A stretch of DNA of 63,547 nucleotides, counting the filler, from Aduncisulcus paluster (lineage: Eukaryota): assembly GCA_024181965.1 (NCBI GenBank). It is 16 parts of 16 records of this genome, joined end to end, with 100 filler letters (N's around TTAATTAATTAA, not from the genome) between each part and the next. Parts side by side here need not be neighbours in the genome. Positions count along the whole stretch, not along the records: positions 48,140 to 63,547 come from BQXS01000299.1; 15 more parts are not named here. One strand, 5' to 3'. Under the pieces are notes generated by a model. That model saw nothing but the letters and a program-made list of their open reading frames with translations, searched no databases and was not told where the DNA came from. The position numbers were made by a program, and so were the translations under genes. Below, piece after piece: positions 58,801-63,547 of the stretch (positions within the stretch are counted from its first letter, which is position 1; every line of letters starts with the position of its first letter).

Positions 58801-60812
58801 GATACATGTTTGCATCCAGTGTGTCCATGGACCAGATCCACTTCACCGTCATCAGAGACATCTCCTTCCTTCGAACAGCCACGATCGATAGCATATGAGT
58901 GAGGAAGGGCTCCATGGACAATATATCCTTCCTTCCCAACAGATCCGATGGAAGCGAAAGTATCTTCCAAAAAGATACATTTCGGTATGTCAAAGTTTAG
59001 TTTCATCCTTTTCTCTTCTGAAGACGTTCCAAATAATGACCTTATAGGATATTGGCAACCAGCTTTCCAGACTATCTCACGCAACACCAAGGGAACAAAC
59101 TGAACAATCATATCCCATCCATCAGATGGAACAATGTCTCCAATACGAAGTTTCTCAACTTCAACGGGCGCCTTATGAAGGGAATCCTTAGCAATGACAT
59201 CTTTTGTGTCATCTTCAGGGAGCAACACTCGACAACAGGGGGGATCAATCGAATGTGAAAACATATACAAACGGTCTTGATGTCCAAACCCAACACCAAC
59301 ATGGCAGTTGGGAACATGGGCAAGGATTTCTCCACTTATTGATATAAGGGAGCTTCCATTGAATTCAGCAATGGATGTCCTGGTTGTAGCCTGCCGCATC
59401 AAGGATGAAAATCTCTGCTTTGGAGAGGGGTTTGGAGGAGCACGAATCCTCACATCTTTCACACGGCATTTAAGGTCAATCAATTCCCTCATTTTCTTCA
59501 TCATATCTGTAGCACTTCCATCAGAAGGAGATCCTTTGAGTCCCAAGATCTTGCATGTAGCAGGGTCAATGGCTTCTTCTTTGAATTTAATGAGGTTGTC
59601 CATCATAATGACATATTCTGATTGAAGGATACCCTTTTGGGATATTATTGCCTGTGTGTGGACTTTCCACGATACACAGATGATTGGACCTTCGGCAAGA
59701 TCCCATCCACGAACAATACAACAACTCTGAATGGAGAGAGTCGGACTGTCCACTATGGGCACTTGTGGAGAACTCCTGACGGTTGGTTTGGATTGATTGA
59801 ACGCAGGGCCTCCTCCAAAAGTGAATGGAGATTGTTTTTCGGGTGATGATGTGGACAATTTGAGATCAGGAAATCCAACAGCTGTTCCCAATTCAATCCG
59901 TTTCTCCAAACATATCTCATATTCGTTGATGAGATCATCCTTGAAGACCTCAAACTCTTGGATCCATGGGGGAAGCTTTTTGGGGGAGATAGGCACAAAT
60001 TCATAACATTTCCGAACAATATTAAAGTTCACTTCAAGACATTTGTTTGAGCTCGTCAACAAGAAATCCCTGTGCTTTGAGGACACTATATGCGGGATTG
60101 CTGTCAACAATGAACCGAATGCATTTTTATACGTGGACATGACAGGAAGACGGATGGGAGGAAGCGAGGACACACTTGGGGAGTCCATTTTCTCGCCTGT
60201 CTCCCCCTCTTCCTCTTTCTTTTGGGTTTCTTCCAACCCACTCGCAAGGGAGGACATGTGTGCAGACGGTTTGATAACTTCCCAGATAGGTTCGAATGGT
60301 TCTCCAGATCCATACTTTCGGGCACAGATAAGCACATTATTCTCATCTTTGGTCATGGTTGGAGGGAAACAAGAGATTATATACTCCTTTTTGCCGCAAT
60401 GGAGACAAAATGTCTCGATACCAGCGATTCCTTTGACAGATTCAGTCCAACAATTGACAGCTTCACAACCAACACTCAATCGTTTTGTAAAGGGATCTTT
60501 ATCTTTATCAAAGGCGAATATATGCCGGATGTTTTCAATTTCAGGGCGAGTTGCCCTTCCAAAGCCTGATCTAGCCGCAAAATGGGGTTCTTCTATGGAA
60601 GAAATCCTACACTGCGGAAATAGGATGGAATATGCTTGTTCATCGATTATAGGGCAGATATCAAAATCGAGATTCCCATCTGAATCATGCTTGAACTTGA
60701 AGTGCAAAATTCCACCCACAAATCCATCAGTTGTTCTTGCGAGTTTCCCACAAAATTTTATCTGGTCTAAATTGCCATGATAGGATTTTATGTCTGGAAT
60801 ATTAATATCCAT
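55839..60812 (-). CDS. 1657-aa hypothetical protein with an internal FG-rich segment
   Basis: Complete intronless ORF; SGFSFGQ..GSGFGQ..PFGQSSGGFG..GWG..GGFGQ at about 57580-57785. Confidence 0.85.
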   Translation of the reverse strand: MDINIPDIKSYHGNLDQIKFCGKLARTTDGFVGGILHFKFKHDSDGNLDFDICPIIDEQAYSILFPQCRISSIEEPHFAARSGFGRATRPEIENIRHIFAFDKDKDPFTKRLSVGCEAVNCWTESVKGIAGIETFCLHCGKKEYIISCFPPTMTKDENNVLICARKYGSGEPFEPIWEVIKPSAHMSSLASGLEETQKKEEEGETGEKMDSPSVSSLPPIRLPVMSTYKNAFGSLLTAIPHIVSSKHRDFLLTSSNKCLEVNFNIVRKCYEFVPISPKKLPPWIQEFEVFKDDLINEYEICLEKRIELGTAVGFPDLKLSTSSPEKQSPFTFGGGPAFNQSKPTVRSSPQVPIVDSPTLSIQSCCIVRGWDLAEGPIICVSWKVHTQAIISQKGILQSEYVIMMDNLIKFKEEAIDPATCKILGLKGSPSDGSATDMMKKMRELIDLKCRVKDVRIRAPPNPSPKQRFSSLMRQATTRTSIAEFNGSSLISISGEILAHVPNCHVGVGFGHQDRLYMFSHSIDPPCCRVLLPEDDTKDVIAKDSLHKAPVEVEKLRIGDIVPSDGWDMIVQFVPLVLREIVWKAGCQYPIRSLFGTSSEEKRMKLNFDIPKCIFLEDTFASIGSVGKEGYIVHGALPHSYAIDRGCSKEGDVSDDGEVDLVHGHTGCKHVSLVEMKQICAINRALRSTGLCGGFHPLLPKDTFFSIGLNHTTDTLRATLIDRTSLLKASSTPLVYNQEDFGTFNYTLPPVLFPLFSTEAWKSGFEQVDVKTKLTVASDLPIHIHHTYVRKHHRKHYKLVYGTSQCPDSLRSASFSPISLSDLNKMGGIPLWVCVGGMIFECICYGIRYDQYADFYECVSREEMLSYVSEDECKQQMLRDAESLKSGVISVKEVDHDKEEESTTLAEKEEEEEAEKEVPVSKDVSSSSDMGTDVSCVLYMHTCPSFIICKRYTKAISSMATQVPFLLDTSFVSWIGIPILDSSPGEDLSDPMGVISQLHSSIMAAKRPVQPSGFSFGQPTGSALGQSSGSGFGQASTSFTFAQPSVPFGQSSGGFGHTQPAQPLQQSSGWGNSGGFGQTPAAAAHADTTPSKPTTEYGKALVSRIEKAKQLKKPASVKSLSIDSYDRKPFGAALFGFEKECTVEILPDIQDMADMSVLRWNRYSFPFSEEVKRGSFKVDGEFIAKGLSISYRGYIESPINFHPFMKGVVDMSSYASSFPSEKFCCSFFVNSGSMFIGSFEKTSFDQMPLAIQRKLHAALVDWRASCGSVSYSAACAQLSSIYTKLCPPRQSFMPLWPYSVYGMLSDGNISGLCMKAKNGEWYADVYANIPFIGCYRLFNVQYVALFETDVSDGFVESTPLIPTTLFNLPRCITHGEWNSDSPLLHKHALKGEMLKMASLLYNYMMRKACSLAGSSRTPSELSALMCEVNDICMKVNIHISSIPALTTCLPHVKAFGEEYEWIVLPDAPTMYSNGVCDAVLYDSKELCGESGKKQPRRLSASRSHSGLDPPNPDPSSYTDFTAPKAERLFPLSEYIWSTKAIPPQLHSIPMSSLWGSDCYTVDVGGIKGSAKAIPKGILSKPLPLSSHVALVQVDTRETVCVLVCDKLHHELMHMENSARVLLSHAIQHVEERKPFLPHCAEMFGVIDEIKTMFLKVIE

Positions 60813-62134
60813 CTATCAGTTAAGATAAAAACATCCTTGGTTGACCCAAAATGGTGGATTTCATGTTTTGAATGATTTTCGTTGCTCTAGATCGAATCAC
60901 AATTTAATTCTTGATTCTCATTAATGGTTACCAAATTTTAATAATAATTATCAACTCTACATGTTGTATATTGGGTTGTTTATTGAATTGTTGATTGAAT
61001 TGCACTCCACTTGTGACTGAAGACAATTTCCAGACCAACTGAAACAAGACAAAGCACAAAACTATAACTTTATTCATCATGATACTTTTAGCCCTTTTGT
61101 CTGCAGATCCTGGAAATCGATTCTCAGAATCGGATTCTGGACTATGATTTCCTGGTTCAAAAGCACTGAGTCGAAAGTGTTGGAGACCCATCGTTTGGAG
61201 TCACAAGGTTCCAACAGCTCCAACTTCTCCCTCTAAGAAATTGATAATGAATGAGAGAAAGTAGTGATCAAGTTACTCTTGTTGGTGGAGAAACAATGAT
61301 TCTAATTGTAAAATTGATGCTATTCATTTGTATTTTTGCATCAATGATCATTCGCACATAATTCAACAATTATATTCAAACCAGGAAGCATGAGTCATGT
61401 CTTTCAAAACAACCACAGAACAATCATATCCACGGTGAGTAGAACATTAATTGGACTTAGTAAAGTATTTATTCTTCCAAATTAAGCTATTTTTGTGACA
61501 TTTGGAAAATGTAAATCTAAAAATAGATTTTCTAAAAATAGAAATGACATTTTTGTAATGCCGTTATTTTTCCATTATTTTCATCTCTCGGTGGTTAAAA
61601 TCAAACTTTTCTCTTCAGATTATCATCAGTTAGTAAATGGTCATAATCCAGGGTTTTCCAGGGTTTTTACAATCCCTTTAACAACATCGATTTCTATGTT
61701 ATGGATGTCTCTCGAGGTGGATTGCTCTCTTGATGTCAGATTAAGGTTTCCCACATCCTTTCTTTGGCGGCATTTCAGTCTGATTTCAATCTATTTTAAG
61801 GGCTGTTCCAAGACTCATTTATTCAAAAATCTAGATCTACTCACCTTTCTCTCCATCCATGCATATTAACTCCACTTTGTCCCAATGGAATAGTTGACAT
61901 AACTGTTCTTGCTGCAACGAATTCATCTGTCGGCGGAAACACAAGAGAATAAATACCTTAATCCATTCGGGACCATTGCAATGGAAGTTACATCTCCACC
62001 TCTAATCCCTCGATGAGAAAGATCAGTACTCCCAGTGAGGGATAATATACCTTCAACCTCGATGATCATCTTCAAATTCCCCAATACAAGTGAATATCTC
62101 TATGATCCAGTATTCTAACTCATCAATATATCCA

Positions 62135-63547
62135 TTACTCTTCTTTCTCCCTATCCAATCCTCTCGATTCAAGATAATCCCGAGATTCAATAGAACTCTG
62201 ATTGGTTGAAGAGATACTCAAAGAATCATTATCATATTCACTCGTTACTGGGATAGAATAACTTGATGCTAATGATGAAATAGATTGAGACTCATGTTCC
62301 TTATCTCTTTCACTTTGTTCTTCACTTTCTTTTTCACTCTCATCATAATCTCTACCATCAATAATATCATATGTTTTAATTGTGGTTTCTTGTAAAGAAT
62401 GACTCATTGGACCACCAATAATAGTTCCAGAACCAAAATGTTTCTGTTTTTGTTCCTTGATAATATCCTCAACGGATGGACATTCAAATCCTTCTCCAAT
62501 CACAGGAAGTAAATGTTTGATGCTTTGCACCCTCTCACGAGCTCTGTGCACACTCATACGTTTGTCAATATGAAATTGGGTTAAACCTGTGAATACTTCA
62601 TTCAAACATTCATGAATAGGTTGGAATTTTCCTTCTTCAGTCGTCTTCAAAGATCCAAACAAAGGAGATTGAAGAAGAGTTGGGCCTGATCCTCCATCCT
62701 TGAGAATTTTCATGAGAGCACTTGAAAGATCCAATCGAGATTCTATCCCTCTCAAAGCAGGAATCTGAAGAAAAGGATTATAACCAAAGAATAGAGTAAG
62801 GATAGATATTCCCAAGGAATAAGCATCACTCTTTTGGCTGATCACACCTTGAAGGGCTTCATATGAGTTATATTCAAGGGTGCCACAAATTGAATATTTA
62901 TGATCTGTACTTGATTCTTTCTTGGGAATCTTTGAAGAAAGAGATGAAGAATCACCAATTCCACTCGAAGATAAACGAGATGATATGGAATCTAAGATCT
63001 TGACCAATCCAAGATCAGAGAGAACAACAGTGCATTTCTTTGAATCAGGATCAACACGAACAAGAAAGTTGTCAGGTTTAATATCTCGATGAGTAAGGTT
63101 TGGTTTGGCAGTGAACACATCATCAAGACACTCAATCATTCCAACACACAAGGCACTCACTTTCAAAGGGTTTAGTGTCATGGGATCAAAATCTATGTGA
63201 TCATCACAATCTTCCTCTGAAGATGAGTATTCTTCTTCCTCATCTCCTTCTTCCCCTTGACTTTCAGACTTATCAACAACACACCATCTCTTGGCAAATG
63301 AACTCACACTGCCTCCAATACAAAACTCCATAAGGAATCCATAAACTCCCTTCAAATCTGCATCAAGAAGATCAAGAATATACAAAGGACGAGGGATACG
63401 ATTGAAACATTTGGAGTTATTAAATAACTTTCTTTGCACCTTAAACTCCCTTTGACAATCTTTCATAACCTTTTCATCTGTTTTACGAAGCATCTTCTTC
63501 AGAACACAAGGAATGGGAATACCTTCAACTTTAACAAGAATAACTTC
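62135..63547 (-). CDS. Divergent Ser/Thr protein kinase, 5'-partial
   Basis: CVLKK, FLMEFCIGGSV, HRDIKPDNFL, SDLGL (in place of DFG), CGTLEYNSYEA, KSDAYSLG; acidic insert and Ser/Glu tail. Confidence 0.92.
   Translation of the reverse strand, partial: EVILVKVEGIPIPCVLKKMLRKTDEKVMKDCQREFKVQRKLFNNSKCFNRIPRPLYILDLLDADLKGVYGFLMEFCIGGSVSSFAKRWCVVDKSESQGEEGDEEEEYSSSEEDCDDHIDFDPMTLNPLKVSALCVGMIECLDDVFTAKPNLTHRDIKPDNFLVRVDPDSKKCTVVLSDLGLVKILDSISSRLSSSGIGDSSSLSSKIPKKESSTDHKYSICGTLEYNSYEALQGVISQKSDAYSLGISILTLFFGYNPFLQIPALRGIESRLDLSSALMKILKDGGSGPTLLQSPLFGSLKTTEEGKFQPIHECLNEVFTGLTQFHIDKRMSVHRARERVQSIKHLLPVIGEGFECPSVEDIIKEQKQKHFGSGTIIGGPMSHSLQETTIKTYDIIDGRDYDESEKESEEQSERDKEHESQSISSLASSYSIPVTSEYDNDSLSISSTNQSSIESRDYLESRGLDREKEE

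Overview
This window is not a contiguous locus. It is 16 contigs joined by 15 artificial 100-bp linkers (N44-TTAATTAATTAA-N44, stops in all six frames), with eight 20-N gaps inside contigs that are flanked by duplicated sequence. Most contigs come from an AT-rich, intron-poor eukaryote using the standard code. Its poly-Ser proteins, divergent kinase, LRR/EGF surface protein and one lineage-expanded domain resemble what I recall of the free-living fornicate Aduncisulcus paluster (inference, not checked). Recognisable genes: Sua5, a CatSper-beta-like protein, a frameshifted kinesin-5, a RING protein, an ABCA transporter, tRNA-Thr(UGU), a TMC-family channel, an alpha2delta/CACHD1-like Cache-VWA protein, topoisomerase II, an LRR-EGF-TM receptor, alanine aminotransferase, a 1657-aa protein with an FG-rich segment (plus a paralog on another contig) and a protein kinase. 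Contig 43598-45177 is bacterial (AOR end, USP, FUSC; Desulfovibrio-like). Highlights: (i) CatSper-beta, TMC and alpha2delta homologs in an apparent anaerobic flagellate; (ii) four diverged, co-oriented CACTA/EnSpm (CMC)-type transposase relics in about 5 kb; (iii) an OTU-like ORF with a candidate intron; (iv) a candidate box C/D snoRNA. All family assignments come from motifs recognised by eye, not database searches.
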